Position numbers and translations under genes: made by a program
Notes under the pieces: model-generated
Databases searched by the model: none
What the model was told of the DNA's origin: nothing
Seen by the model: the letters and a program-made list of their open reading frames with translations, nothing else
In this document: positions 34,455 through 47,019 of the stretch, piece after piece
Position numbering within the stretch: position 1 is the first letter of the stretch
Layout: every line of letters starts with the position of its first letter
Assembly (NCBI GenBank): GCA_951406725.2
Contig: CATOCA020000001.1
Coordinates: 11,594,001 to 11,658,000 of the forward strand
Direction of reading: 5' to 3'
DNA: 64,000 bases
Source: Octopus vulgaris
Lineage: Eukaryota

Positions 34455-37400
34455 AGAAGAGAGAAAGAAAAAGAAAGAGAAAAAAGAAGAGAAGAATAGA
34501 AGAAAGAAAAGGAAAATTGAGAGAGAATTATAGAGAAGACAAAAAGAGAAACGAAACAGAGAAAGAGGGAGAGAAAAGATAAAGAGAATGAGATTGAAAA
34601 AAGAAAAACAAGAGAGAAAAGAAAGAGAGAGAAAAAGGAACGAGAGAAATGAAAGAGTGAGAGAGAGGAAGAAGGATAAAAAGAAAACGAGAGGGAGAAA
34701 GAAGGAGAAAAAATGAGAGAGCGAGAAAAGAAAGAGAGAGAAAAAGAAACGAGAGGAAGAAAAAGAGAAATGAAAGAGTGAGAGAGAGGAAGAAGGATAA
34801 AAAGAAAACGAGAGGGAGAAAGAAGGAGAAAAAAATGAGAGAGCGAGAAAAGAAAGAGAGAGAAAAAGAAACGAGAGGAAGAAAAAGAGAAATGAAAGAG
34901 TGAGAGAGAGGAAGAAGGATAAAAAGAAAACGAGAGGGAGGAGGAAAAAAGTGAGACAGCGAGAAAAGAAAGAGAGAGAAAAAGAAACGAGAGGAAGAAA
35001 AAGAGAAATGAAAGAGTGAGAGAGAGGAAGAAGGATAAAAAGAAAACGAGAGGGAGAAAGGAGGAAAAAAGTGAGACAGCGAGAAAAGAAAGAGAGAGAA
35101 AAAGAAACAAGAGGAAGAAAGAGAGAAATAAAAGAGTGAGAGAGAGGAAGAAGGATAAAAAGAAAGCGAGAGGGAGGGAGAAGGAGATAAAAGCGAGGGA
35201 GCGAGGAAAGAGAATGAAAAAGAAACGAGAGGAAGAAAGAGAGAAATTGAAGAGTGAGAGAGAGAAAGAAGGATAAAAAGAAAACGAGAGGGAGAAAGAA
35301 GGAGAAAAAAGCGAGAGATCGAGAAAAGAAAGAGAGAGAAAAAGAAACAAGAGGAAGAAAGAGAGAAATGAAAGAGTGAGAGAGAGGAAGAAGGATAAAA
35401 AGAAAACGAGAGGAAGAAAGAGAGATATGAAAGAGTGAGGGAGAGGGAGAAGGATGAAAAGAAAACGAGAGGGAGAAAGAAGGAGAAAAAAGTGAGTGAG
35501 CTAGAAAAGAAGGAGAGAGGGAGAAAGAAATTAGAGGAAGAGAGAGAGAAATGAAAGAGTGAGAGAGAGGAAGAAGGATAAAAAGAAAACGAGAGGGAGA
35601 AAGAAGGGGAAAAAAGCGAGAGAGTGAGAAAAGAAAGAGAGAGAGGAAAAGAAACGAGAAGAAGAAAGAGAGAAATGAAAGTGAGAGAGAGGAAGAAGGA
35701 TAAAAAGAAAATGAGAGGGAGAAAGAAGGAGAAAAAAGCCAGAGAGCAAGAAAAGAGAGAGAAAAAGAAAGGAGAGGAAGAAAGAGAGAAATGAAAGAGT
35801 GAGAGAGAGGAAGAAGGATAGAGAGAAAACGAGAGAAAACGAGAAGAAGGATAGAGAGAAAACGAGAGAAAAAAGTGAGAGAGCTAAAAAGGAAGGAGGG
35901 AGAGAAAGAAACGAGAGGAAGAAAGAGAGAAATGAAAGAGTGAGAGGGAGGAAGAAGGATAGAAATAAAACGAGAAAGAGAAAGAAGGAGAAAAAAGTGA
36001 GTGAGCGAGGAAAGAAAGAGAGAGAAAAAGAAACGAGAGGAAGAAAGAGAGAAATGAAAGAGTGAGAGAGAGGAAGAAGGATAAAAAGAAAACGAGAGGG
36101 AGAAAGAAGGAGAAAAAAGTGAGAGAGCGAGAAAGGAAGGAGAGAGAGAAAGAGAGAATTGAAAGAGTGAGAGAGAGGAAGAAGGATAAAAAGAAAACGA
36201 GAGGGAGGAAGAAGGAGAAAAAAGTGAGGGGGCGAGAAAAGAGAGAGAAAAAGAAAGGAGAGGAAGAAAGAGAGAGAGAGGAAGAAGGATAAAAAGAAAA
36301 CGAGAGGGAGAAAGAAGGAGAAAAAAGTGAGAGAGCGAGAAAGGAAGGAGAGAGAGAAAGAAAGGAGGGGAAGAAAGAGAGAATTGAAAGAGTGAGAGAG
36401 AGGAAGAAGGATAAAAAGAAAACGAGAGGGAGAAAGAAGGAGAAAAAAGTGAGAGAGAGAAAGAAAGGAGAGGAAGTAAGAGAGAAATGAATGAGAGAGA
36501 GAGAGGAAGAAGGATAAAAAGAAAACGAGAGGGAGAAAGAAAGAGAAAAAAGTGAGAGAGCGAGGAAAGAAAGAGAGAGAAAAAGAAAGGAGAGGAAGAA
36601 AGAGAGAAATGAATGAGCGAGAGAGAGGAAGAAGGATAAAAAGAAAACGAGAGAGAGAAAGAAGGAGAAAAAAGCGAGAGAGCGAGAAAAGAAAGAGAGA
36701 GAAAAAGAAAGGAGAGGAAGAAAGAGAGAAATGAAAGAGTGAGAGAGAGGGAGTAAGAAGGAGAAAAAGTGAGAGATCGAGGAAAGAAAGAGAGAGAGAA
36801 AAAGAAAGGAGAGGAAGAAAGAGAGAAATGAAAGAGTGAGAGAGAGGGAGAAAGAAGGAGAAAAAAGTGAGAGAGCGAGGAAGGAAAGAGAGAGAGAAAA
36901 AGAAACGAGAAGAAGAAAGAGAGAAATGAAAGAGTTAGAGAGAGGGAGAAAGAAGTGAAAGAGCGAGGAAAGAAAGAGAGAGAGAAAAAGAAACGAGAGG
37001 AAGAAAGAAGGGGACAAAAGCGAGAGAGCGAGAAAAGAAAGAGAGAAAGAATAAGAAACGAGAGGAAGAAAGAGTGAGAGAGAGGAAGAAGGATAAAAAG
37101 AAAACGAGAGGGAGAAAGAAGGAGAAAAAGCGAGAGAGCGAGAAAAGAAAGAGAGAGAGAAAAAGAAACGAGAGGAAGAAAGAGAGAAATGAAATGAGAG
37201 AGAGAGGAAGAAGGATAAAAAGAAAACGAGAGGGAGAAAGAAGGAGAAAAAAGCGTGAGAGCGAGAAAAGAAAGAGAGAGAAAATGAAACGAGAGGAATG
37301 AAGAGTGAGAGAGTAAGAGAGTAAGAGAGAACAGACAAAGAAAACGAGCGAAAGAGAGAAAAGAAAGAGATAGAGAGAGAAAGAGAGAAAGGAAACAGAG

Positions 37401-38563
37401 ATGGAAAGAGGGTAATATAGGAAAGAAAATAGAGTGGGAAATAGAGAGAGAGGAAGAAAGATAGAAAAGAGAGAGAAAGAGAGAACAAAGTGTAAGAGAC
37501 ATAGTGAGAGAAAGATAGAAAAGCAAATGTGAGAGAATGAATGAAGAAGAGAGAGGAAAGGGAAAGAGAAAGGACATCAAAGAAAGAGAGACAAGTAAAA
37601 GAAAGAGGGTGAGAGAGAGAAAAGGCAACGAGAAGCAGAGAGAGAGAGAGAAAGAGAGACGAAAAAGGTTGGGTGAAAGAGAGAAAAGGAATAGTGAAGG
37701 AGACAGAGAGAGAAAGAAAGAATAAAAGGTAATAGAGAGAGAGAGAAAGAATGAGAGAGAGGGAAAAAGAGGAAAAAGAGAGAGGGAGAAAGAAAGATAG
37801 AGAAGAAAAGGGAAAGAGAAAGAATGTAAGAAGAGAAAGAGAGAAATGGAGAAAGAGAGAAATTGAGAAATAGAGAAAGAGAAAGATAAGAGAAAAAAGA
37901 AAAAGAGAAAGAGGAAGGAAATGAGAAAGAGAAAGAGAGGAGAAGAAAATGGGAAAAGAGAGAAAAGAAAGAGAGAGAGAGTAACAGAGACACAAAGAGA
38001 GAAAGAGAAAGAAAGAAAGAGAGAGAAAGTGAGAAAAGAAAGAGGGAGATAGAGAGAGAAAGAAGTAGAGAAAGAGGAAAGAAAACGAGAAAGAGAATAA
38101 GAGACAAAGAGAGAGAGAGTAAAAGAGATACGGAGAGAGGAGAAAGAAAGAGAGAGAAAGTGAGAAATGAAAGAGAAGGAAAGAAATGAAAGAGGCGGAT
38201 AGAGAAAGAAAGATTAAGAGAAAGAGAGTGAGAGACAAAGAGAGAAAAGAGAGAGAGAGTAAAAGAGATACGGAGAGAGGAGAAAGAAAGAGAGAGAGAA
38301 AAAGGGGAAAGAGAGAGAAGGAAAGAAATGAAAGAGGCGGATAGAGAAAGAAAGATTGAGAGAAAGAGGAAAGAAAACGAGAAAGAGAGTGAGAGACAAA
38401 GAGAGAGAGGGAGAGAGAAAAAGGGGAAAGAAAGAGAAGGAGAAAGAAAGAGAGAGAAAGTGAGAAAAGAAAGGAGATAGAGAGAGAAAGAAGGAGAGAA
38501 ATAGGAAAGAAGGAGAGAAAGAGAGTGAGAGACAAAGAGAGAAAAGAGAGAGAGAGAGAGAAA
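34455..38563 (+). repeat. 4.1-kb polypurine (GA-rich) tract with an about 100-120-bp higher-order repeat, starting at a SINE 3' end
   Basis: Recurring gagagaaatgaaagagtgagagagaggaagaaggataaaaagaaaacgagagggagaaagaagg; begins after tgactgaaacaagtagaag (family A SINE tail). Confidence 0.95.
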
Positions 38564-38607
38564 ATGGAATTTCTCTATTTCACATGTTCTCACTTTCTTC
38601 ATTACAG

Positions 38608-38762
38608 ATTAATAAACCTGATGGAGATGGAACAACTCCTTTAATATTGGCCTGTGAATGGGGCGCCGATAGAAGAATCCTCGAAATATTGATAGAAGCA
38701 GAAGTCAAGATGAGATCGAAAGACGGATGGGGTGATACAGCTTTACATTTGGCTGTTGATGG
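38608..38762 (+). CDS. Ankyrin/RING gene exon 2: INKPDGDGTTPLILACEWG...GDTALHLAVDG
   Basis: attacag / gtaagt; phase 0 to 2; ankyrin TPL and TALH motifs. Confidence 0.93.
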
Positions 38763-38949
38763 GTAAGTTGAGAATCAAGTAAAATCTGCAGATGTGTTTT
38801 TGTTTGTAAATTTGTTGCAATTGCAGACACAGGTTCAATATCCAAAGAGGCCAGAGTTGTGGGACAACAGCAGACTAGCAAACAACAACAACAACAACAA
38901 CAAGCTTCTCTTTAGTCATCGATCCAATTCATTAGTCATTATTCAATCA

Positions 38950-40379
38950 TAACAATCCCGATGATGATGATGATAACGGCGATGATGATGATGATGACGG
39001 TATTGGTGATGTCGACCATGATGATGGTGTGATGATGATGATGGAGCCGATGATGGTGATGATGATGATGATGATGATGATTATATGATGTCGCTGATGA
39101 TGTTGATTATGATTATAGTGGCGACGAATGATGATGAAGACGATGGTGGTGGCAATGAGGGGGATGATGACGATGATGACGATGATTTTTATGATGATTA
39201 TGATGACGATTATGATGATGATGATTATGATTATAATGATGATAATGATAACGACGATGATGATGATGACGATCATGCTGAGGATAACAACAATGATGAT
39301 TATGATGATGTTGATGATGATGATGACGATGATGATAAAAGATGATAATTATGATGATGATGATGATGATGATTATATTGAAGATCATTATATTGATGGC
39401 GATGATGACGATGATGATGACGATAATTATGAAGCTGATGATGGTGATTATGATGATGATGATGATGATTATGATGATCATGATGATAACGACGATGATG
39501 AGGCTGATGATGGTGATGGTGATGATGATTATGATGATGGTGATAAAGACGGTGTTGGCAATGAAAGTGATGATGATGATGATGAATGCTATGATGATGA
39601 TGATGATAACGATGATGATAAAGTTGATGATGATGATGGGGATGATGATAATGATAATGATTATAATGATGATGATGAATACGACCATGATCATGCTGAT
39701 GACGATGATGATTACGATGATTACGATGATGATGATGATGATGATGTGGGTGATGATGAGAATGATGATGACTATGTTGACGATGATGACGATGATTTTT
39801 ATGATGATTATGATGATGATGATCATGATGACTGTGATGATGATGATTGAGATGATGATGATGATGATGATTACGATGATATTATTATGATGATCATGAC
39901 GATAATGATGATTATGTTAATGATGATGATGATGTCGATCTTGCTGATGATGGTGGTGATGATGATGATGATGAAAGTCGATGATGATCATGATTATGAT
40001 GATGATTATGATGATGATGGCGATGATGATAATGATGATGATGATGATTATGATGACGATGACGATGATGGTGACGATAGTGATGTTGGTGTTTATGATG
40101 GTGATGACTATGATGATGCCGATGAATGATAATGATGATGATTATGATGATTTTGGAGATGTTGAAGATGATGGTTGATATGAATGATGATGATGATGAT
40201 GATGATAGTGTTGTCAATGAGGGTGATGATGATGATGGAGATGATGAAAATGATGATGATGAAGGCGATGATGATAATGGTGATGATTACGTTAATGATG
40301 GAGGTGGTGGCAATGATGATGATGGCGATGATGTCGATCAGGATGATAGCGATGAAAATAGTGCTGCTGATAATGATGG

Positions 40380-40417
<38 letters not shown>
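38950..40417. repeat. Degenerate (GAT)n tract, intronic
   Basis: Directly visible; stops and frame switches are present; exons 2 and 3 join in phase without it. Confidence 0.95.
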
Positions 40418-40487
40418 TTTCGTCTGAAAGCCAAAACAATTAGGTGTTTAATGTAAATCAGTCAATGTTTCTATCTTTTACTCTCAG

Positions 40488-40635
40488 CTGTCATCTTGAA
40501 GCCGTGGAACTCTTACTATCTCGGGGCAGCGAGATAAACGGAAAGACCAATGATGACCGGACTCCTCTCCATGTTGCTGCAGTGAATGACTGGACAGATG
40601 GCGTGGCATTCCTATTAAAACAGACCGATGTTGAG
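40488..40635 (+). CDS. Ankyrin/RING gene exon 3: [18 protein letters not shown]...RTPLHVAA...KQTDVE
   Basis: ctctcag / gttagt; phase 2 to 0. Confidence 0.93.
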
Positions 40636-40688
40636 GTTAGTGGTTATATATATATATGCGTGTGTGTGTATGTGTGGGTCTGTATACT

Positions 40689-41180
<492 letters not shown>

Positions 41181-41584
41181 ATGTAAATTGTTTTTTGTTA
41201 GTGTTTCTCTTTATTCATATTATATTCCGAAATAATCCTAATCTTCTCCGAAAGGTTTTTCTCGATACTTTCCTAACAATTTATCCACTTTTTGTAAAAT
41301 TATGAGGAAACATAATACTCTTGCGAATTTTTACTGAACTCTTCTCCCGAACTTTGGGGTACACTTATATAGGTACGTATATATAATCGTATATATAATG
41401 TATACATGCCTATAAGATATAATATATATGTATAGATATAGATATGTATATATATATATATACATATGTATATACACATATATATAACAATATATATATA
41501 TACACACACATATGTATGTATATAAACGTATATATGAGTATACACATACATATATACATACACACAAACACACATATACATATT

Positions 41585-41618
<34 letters not shown>

Positions 41619-41930
41619 CTTCATGAGACCCTTATTTTTTCCCCATAGCTTTGTGGTGTTTCCTATTTTATAATGAAAATCATTGATTTTCGATGACGAT
41701 TATGTTGAGAAAATGGAAGCATTTGACGAGTTTCAAACGAATCCCAACTCCAGACATAATTGTTGATTAAGACATTGAAAGGGATGGATTTTCAGAAAAT
41801 GTTATTTAGAAATATTTATTATTAAAAGCTTCATGATGAACATACAACCACATTCATATATATATATATATATATATAGGCAGAGGAGTGGCTGTGTGGT
41901 TAGTAGCTTGCTTACAAACCACATGGTTCC

Positions 41931-43380
41931 ATAAGAAATCGGTTTCTCGATTTTTTACACTCATCGATTGTTTTATTTTATGTAACCCCATTTTGCCCAT
42001 GGATTGAGAACCCTTCCAGCAAGGTAAATAGGACGCCCAAAAGCGCTCCTGATCCTCTGTGTGAGAAGCGGTTATGTTCAGATCACAACTAATTTTATAT
42101 ATATGGGCAAAACACACACACACATATACGTACATACACCTATTGTATACATGTTTTTGCACGCCTTTGCCCCTGCCACTGTCCCACCACCACCACCTAC
42201 CCGAGTAATACCATCAATTGAAGCAAATTTGGCTCCCGGAAGTAAGTTTTGTAACAGGAATAGAGAAGCCTACCTTCTCCCGCAGAGATGTGAAAGTCAT
42301 ACCTCACCTGGTCAAACTAAAGCGTTTGACCCGGTCCTAAAAACAAACAAAAAAATTGTGTAACAGGTGTAAAAAAAATTCCTCTAAACGAATATGACCC
42401 CCAAAAATGTGCGCTCGCGAAAGGGGGTGAGGGAGAGGCCTCGGAAAATTCACATCGTGAATGTTACGTGACTGACCCGGGCACAAAAAAAAAAAAATAG
42501 TGTAATAGGTGTAAAACAACTTGTTCTAAACGATTATCAAGGACACACACACACACACACACAAAGAGAAATGGTTGGTTCAAGGCAAGACTGCATGGAA
42601 CTGAATTTAAATACGCAAGAAAGATATTATCAAAGAAAAGGCCATAGGCCTCTCCTCCCACCCTCCTTTCGCGAGAGCACGTTCTTTTGGTCATATTCGT
42701 TTAGAGGAAGTTGTTTTACACATATTACTACTTTTTTGTTTATTTTTATGACCGGGTCAAACGCATTAAGTTGACCCCTCTCCTTTCGAAAACACGAACA
42801 GTTTCGAAACATTGTTTACAAAATAATAGCTGATCGTTTGCGAAGGAGCATGTCTACAGTCAACACGTAGGTCTTTTGCTCTTGTCACCTCTGCTCTCTC
42901 CCATGTTCACGCACGACCAGCTATATATCGCTATGATTAGAACAACGGATTCAGCTAATTTGGAAATTAGTTGTGGAGAAACGGAGAATATCGTTTATGT
43001 TGCCCGTATATATATACGCGCAACACACACACACACAAACATTGCATATTTGTGTCTTTTACGCATACATGCTCGCGTGTGTGTATGCGTGACTGAAGCC
43101 ATTCACACATACAAACATACATAACAACACCTGTCTGTCTGTTATTGCCAGTAAAAAGACGAAATTATAAAAATCTCTCTCTCTCTCCGTCTCTCTCTCT
43201 ATCTCTCTCCCTCTCCCTCCCTCTCTTTACACCGTCGCTAGGAGGGGACTTAACTCATGTTTGCTTTGTAAACAATGGTAGCTTTCGCCATCTTAAAAAT
43301 TTAGAAGTTATGGCTCAAAATTATTTACCGCTATTCGCGGGTGTCTCGGGGGAAAATAATTTGACGAAAATACAGCTAGG
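41931..43380 (+). mobile_element. Helitron-derived element with internal inverted repeats, splitting a family A SINE (head 41877-41930, 3' half about 43490-43735)
   Basis: LLSPMFTHDQLYIAMIRTTDSANLEI...TENIVY (42876-43000) resembles the PIF1-helicase C-terminal motif VFSHGQLYVALSRV...TxNIVY; ends cagCTAG (43376-43379) after a ccgc-tattc-gcgg hairpin; boundaries approximate. Confidence 0.6.
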
Positions 43381-44077
43381 GTCGGGACAAATGTCCTCCT
43401 AAAATTTGAGCGACATGCGTGTTAATTTGTGGATGTGCATAAAGTACAAAAACGTTCACACACACACACACATCTTGCATTATATATATATATCTACATA
43501 TGTGTGTGTGTGTGTTATGTGTGTCTGTGTGTACGTGCGTGTGTTTGTGTGCCTGTGTTTGTCCCCCAACATCGCTTGACAACCGATGCTTACGTCCCGT
43601 AACCTAGCGGTTCTGCAAAAGAAACCGATAAAATAAGTACTAGGCTTCCTGGGGTCGATTTGCTCGACTAACGATAGTGCTCCAGCATGGCCACAGTCAC
43701 GTGACTGAAAGAAATGAAAGAATAAAAGAATAAATGTAATTATGAACACACACACACACGAACACACATATATACACACACACACGCCCATATTTTGCTG
43801 CTCTATGTGTTTATTTATTGAGTGGTTCATCCTATATGCGTGTGTTTGTGTGTGTGTGTGTATAAATATATTTATATGTACATATGTATGTGTGTATACG
43901 CGTGTGTGTATATACAATAGAAATCTCTATTACCTACTCCCCACCCCAATCATTCCACCTGTTTAATTAATTTCATTCCTTCTCTTCTCTTTTTCTGTGA
44001 GTTTTTCTTTTAATTCTTCACCACCCGACTCCCCTTTCAGACGCCATTTTTAATGTTTTTATTCTTTTCTTTATCAG

Positions 44078-44232
44078 GTTAATCCTCGAGATAAATATGG
44101 TCAAACACCGCTGCACCGGGCCTGTTGGTTGGGACGCTTGCACACTGTCGAGCTGTTGTTGGGTCACAATGGCATCGATGTCAATGTGGTGGACAACGCT
44201 GGAGACACACCACTGCATCGGGCAGTTCAGCA
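44078..44232 (+). CDS. Ankyrin/RING gene exon 4: [19 protein letters not shown]...[10 protein letters not shown]
   Basis: ttatcag / gtaagt; phase 0 to 2. Confidence 0.94.
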
Positions 44233-45201
44233 GTAAGTCCCCATTGGACCTGGAATATCCAAAACTGTTTCTTTTATGTTTTCAATAATGTTTGTTTCTT
44301 TTTCATTCAGTCATTCATGTCATAATCCCACCATGGGGTCATTGTCTTTCTTCTCTCTTTCGCACTATAATCTACTTCATTAATTAATCATCACCATAAT
44401 TGTTATTGTTGTTGCCTGACTGGACACTTTACTTCAACTCGTTCTCCATTTCCTCAACGTCACAGGTTCAAATCCTCTCTCTTCTTCCTTTCATCCCATC
44501 TAGAACTACTTTCTCTCTCTCTCTCTCTTTCTTCCTCACTCTCTCTCCTTTGTAGTTTCCCTATTTCACTCCGACCCTGGGCTAAATACAGAATCATCCC
44601 CTTACAGTATTTACATTTGTCTCTTTTATGTTCCATGTTCAAATCCTACCAGAATATTTACTATCACTCTGGGGTCAATATAATCTGTACCAGTAATACC
44701 CAGGGGTTCCTTTAATAAACTGTCTTCCTTCCTTTCTCCTGTTCTTGTTTCTTATTACTTTTGAAGAAAATAAATTGTGTTATTTTATTTTCGACTCTTT
44801 ACGTTCAGAGTTCAAATCCTGCCAAGGTCAACTTCTCCTTCCATCTTTGCAAGGTTGATAAAATACAATACCAGTCATGTACTGGGGTTCAAATGATTAC
44901 CTGTAGTCCTTCTTTCCTTCCTAAATTTCATGTTTATATAAGCTGTCAGAATTCTTAGCAGTATTTTTCCTGTCTTTACATTTCTGGGTTTACTCAGGTG
45001 TGTATATAACATTGTTCTATTGTGTAGAGTGTGTATTGAATAAATACATATGTGTGTGAGTATGTGTGTAATAATTGCTGTAATTAAGTTATTGTGACCT
45101 AATTACATTTGTTTTCTTTAATGACCTAATAATTATTATCTCAAGCTGTGTGATGTTTGTTTTTTTATTCATGTTTTTCTTTCCTCATCCAGTCCTTTCA
45201 G

Positions 45202-45238
45202 GCGACAGTATAAAGTGGTGTGTCTGATGCTGAACCAG
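45202..45238 (+). CDS. Ankyrin/RING gene exon 5, 37-nt micro-exon: (Q)RQYKVVCLMLNQ
   Basis: cctttcag / gttagt; phase 2 to 0; supplies the second helix of an ankyrin repeat and is required to keep the frame. Confidence 0.8.
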
Positions 45239-45510
45239 GTTAGTTAATAAATACATATTATATACACTCTCCAGTATTATATTGATCTGTATAATATAAA
45301 TATTACCAATGTACCAGTAAAATAATGGGGATGGATTTAATCACATGTACTACAAAAGCCTTGTGTTTGTGGAGGAATTGTATATTGATCATGTTGATGT
45401 TGATATTAGCGGTGTTGACTGTCCAACTGACCACCACCACTGATAATAATATCTTTAATTGTCAAATAAAACAAGGTCATTATGAGATGAACCAAAATAT
45501 AACAGATATC

Positions 45511-45562
<52 letters not shown>

Positions 45563-45578
45563 ATAGTTAGATAGATAT

Positions 45579-45975
45579 ATAGGCGCAGGAGTGGCTGTGT
45601 GGTAAGTAGCTTGATTACCATCCACATGGTTCCGGGTTCAGTCCCACTGCGTGGCATCTTGGGCAAGTGTCTTCTGCTATAGCCTCGGGCCGACCAATGA
45701 CTTGTGAGTCGATTTGGTAGACGGAAACTGAAAGAAGCCTGTCGTATATATGTATATATATATATATGTGTGTGTGTATGTTTGTGCGTGTGTGTTTGTC
45801 CCCCTAGCATTGCTTGACAACCGATGCTGGTGTGTTTACGTCCCCTTCAAAAAAGACCGATAGAATAAGTACTGGGCTTACAAAGAATAAGTCCCGGGGT
45901 CGATTTGTTCGACTAAAGGCGGTGCTCCAGCATGGCCGCAGTCAAATGACTGAAACAAGTAAATGAGTAAATGAA
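45579..45975 (+). mobile_element. Complete family A tRNA-derived SINE
   Basis: A-box-like tggctgtgtgg, B-box-like ggttcagtccc, internal (TA)/(TG) tract, 3' tail gtaaatgagtaaatgaa. Confidence 0.9.
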
Positions 45976-45989
45976 TAAATATATATATT

Positions 45990-46380
45990 AATTGTTTTAG
46001 GCATTTGACTGCGGCCATGCTGGGGCATCACCTTGAATTTTTAGTCTACTGTATCGATCCCAGTACTTTTATTATTTTAAGCGTATCACTTACCCTCTCA
46101 GCCTCTTTGCTGAACCACTACACACACACATACAAAGACACACACACACAAACACTCACTAACACACACATACACACACAAACACTCACTAACACACACA
46201 TACATAGGCACACACATAGACACCCGTTATTAAGCTTCTTTCAGTTTTCATTTACCAAATCCACTACCAAGATTTTGTTCAGCCCTAGGTAAGAGTGGAA
46301 TCTATTTGCCTGAGTTTCCATGCAGAGGGATTCAACGTGGAACCGTGTATGGTTGGGGAAAAAGCTCCTTACACTACAAC
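45990..46380 (-). mobile_element. Degenerate family A SINE, inverted relative to 45579-45975
   Basis: catttgactgcggccatgctggggca is the reverse complement of the SINE 3' block; agcttctttcagttttc is the reverse complement of gaaactgaaagaagc. Confidence 0.7.
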
Positions 46381-46555
46381 ATTGTATATATGGATGTGTG
46401 TGTATCTATTTCTATATATTTATCTATCTATTTATCTATCTATCTATCTTTATATATATATAAATATAAATATATATATGTATATATATATATATGTATG
46501 TATGTATTTGCAAACGCATGAACTCACAGGCACACACACACACAAAAATGCACAA

Positions 46556-46612
<57 letters not shown>

Positions 46613-46624
46613 ATATATATATAT

Positions 46625-47015
46625 TAAGGAGTATAACTCAAAACTTACAGGGAAAAATTCAATTTAGTATTAAATCAAATTTCACAATGTAAATATATAA
46701 TATATATAAATTAGAGAAAAACCATTATTATGCAATTCAAACAATGATAGACATAAACCAAATCATAAAGAAAAAATAAAATATACTATAAAACATATAA
46801 CTAGATCACAAAAAGTACAAAAATGAATAAATAATATTTGTTAAGTAAAAAGTCTACGTACGTTTCATGGCTAGAATTTAAATTCGAATTACAATTAAAC
46901 TTTAATTTAATCAAAAGACAATTCAATTTGAAAGTATAGTAACTCCTCAGGTCAACAATAATTGCAATAATAGTTAAATAAATAATTAAATAGAATTAAA
47001 CAATATTTATAAAAG
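46625..47015 (-). mobile_element. Penelope-like terminal segment with hammerhead core (46852-46953)
   Basis: Minus strand reads gac-CUGAGGA-guuacua...(long AU loop)...uagccau-GAAAC-guac-GUA-gac; region similar to 6361-6500; a related terminus is at 48430-48480. Confidence 0.6.
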
Positions 47016-47019
47016 AAGC

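Noticed and set aside
34334-38602. Very long minus-strand ORFs (1090, 883, 341 and 338 aa) rich in F/L/S
   Set aside because: Translations of the CT-rich strand of a polypurine tract, which lacks stop codons by composition; no domain content
38947-40456. Poly-Asp/Met/Ile ORFs resembling acidic biomineralisation proteins
   Set aside because: Degenerate (GAT)n with stops and frame switches; the flanking ankyrin exons join in phase (2 to 2) without it
41295-41335. tatgagga...gcgaa, possible hammerhead remnant
   Set aside because: Core and stems too degenerate to support
45579-45660. tRNA-like A/B boxes (also at 4414, 31301 and 52500)
   Set aside because: These are SINE heads continuing into repeat bodies; no cloverleaf, so not tRNA genes
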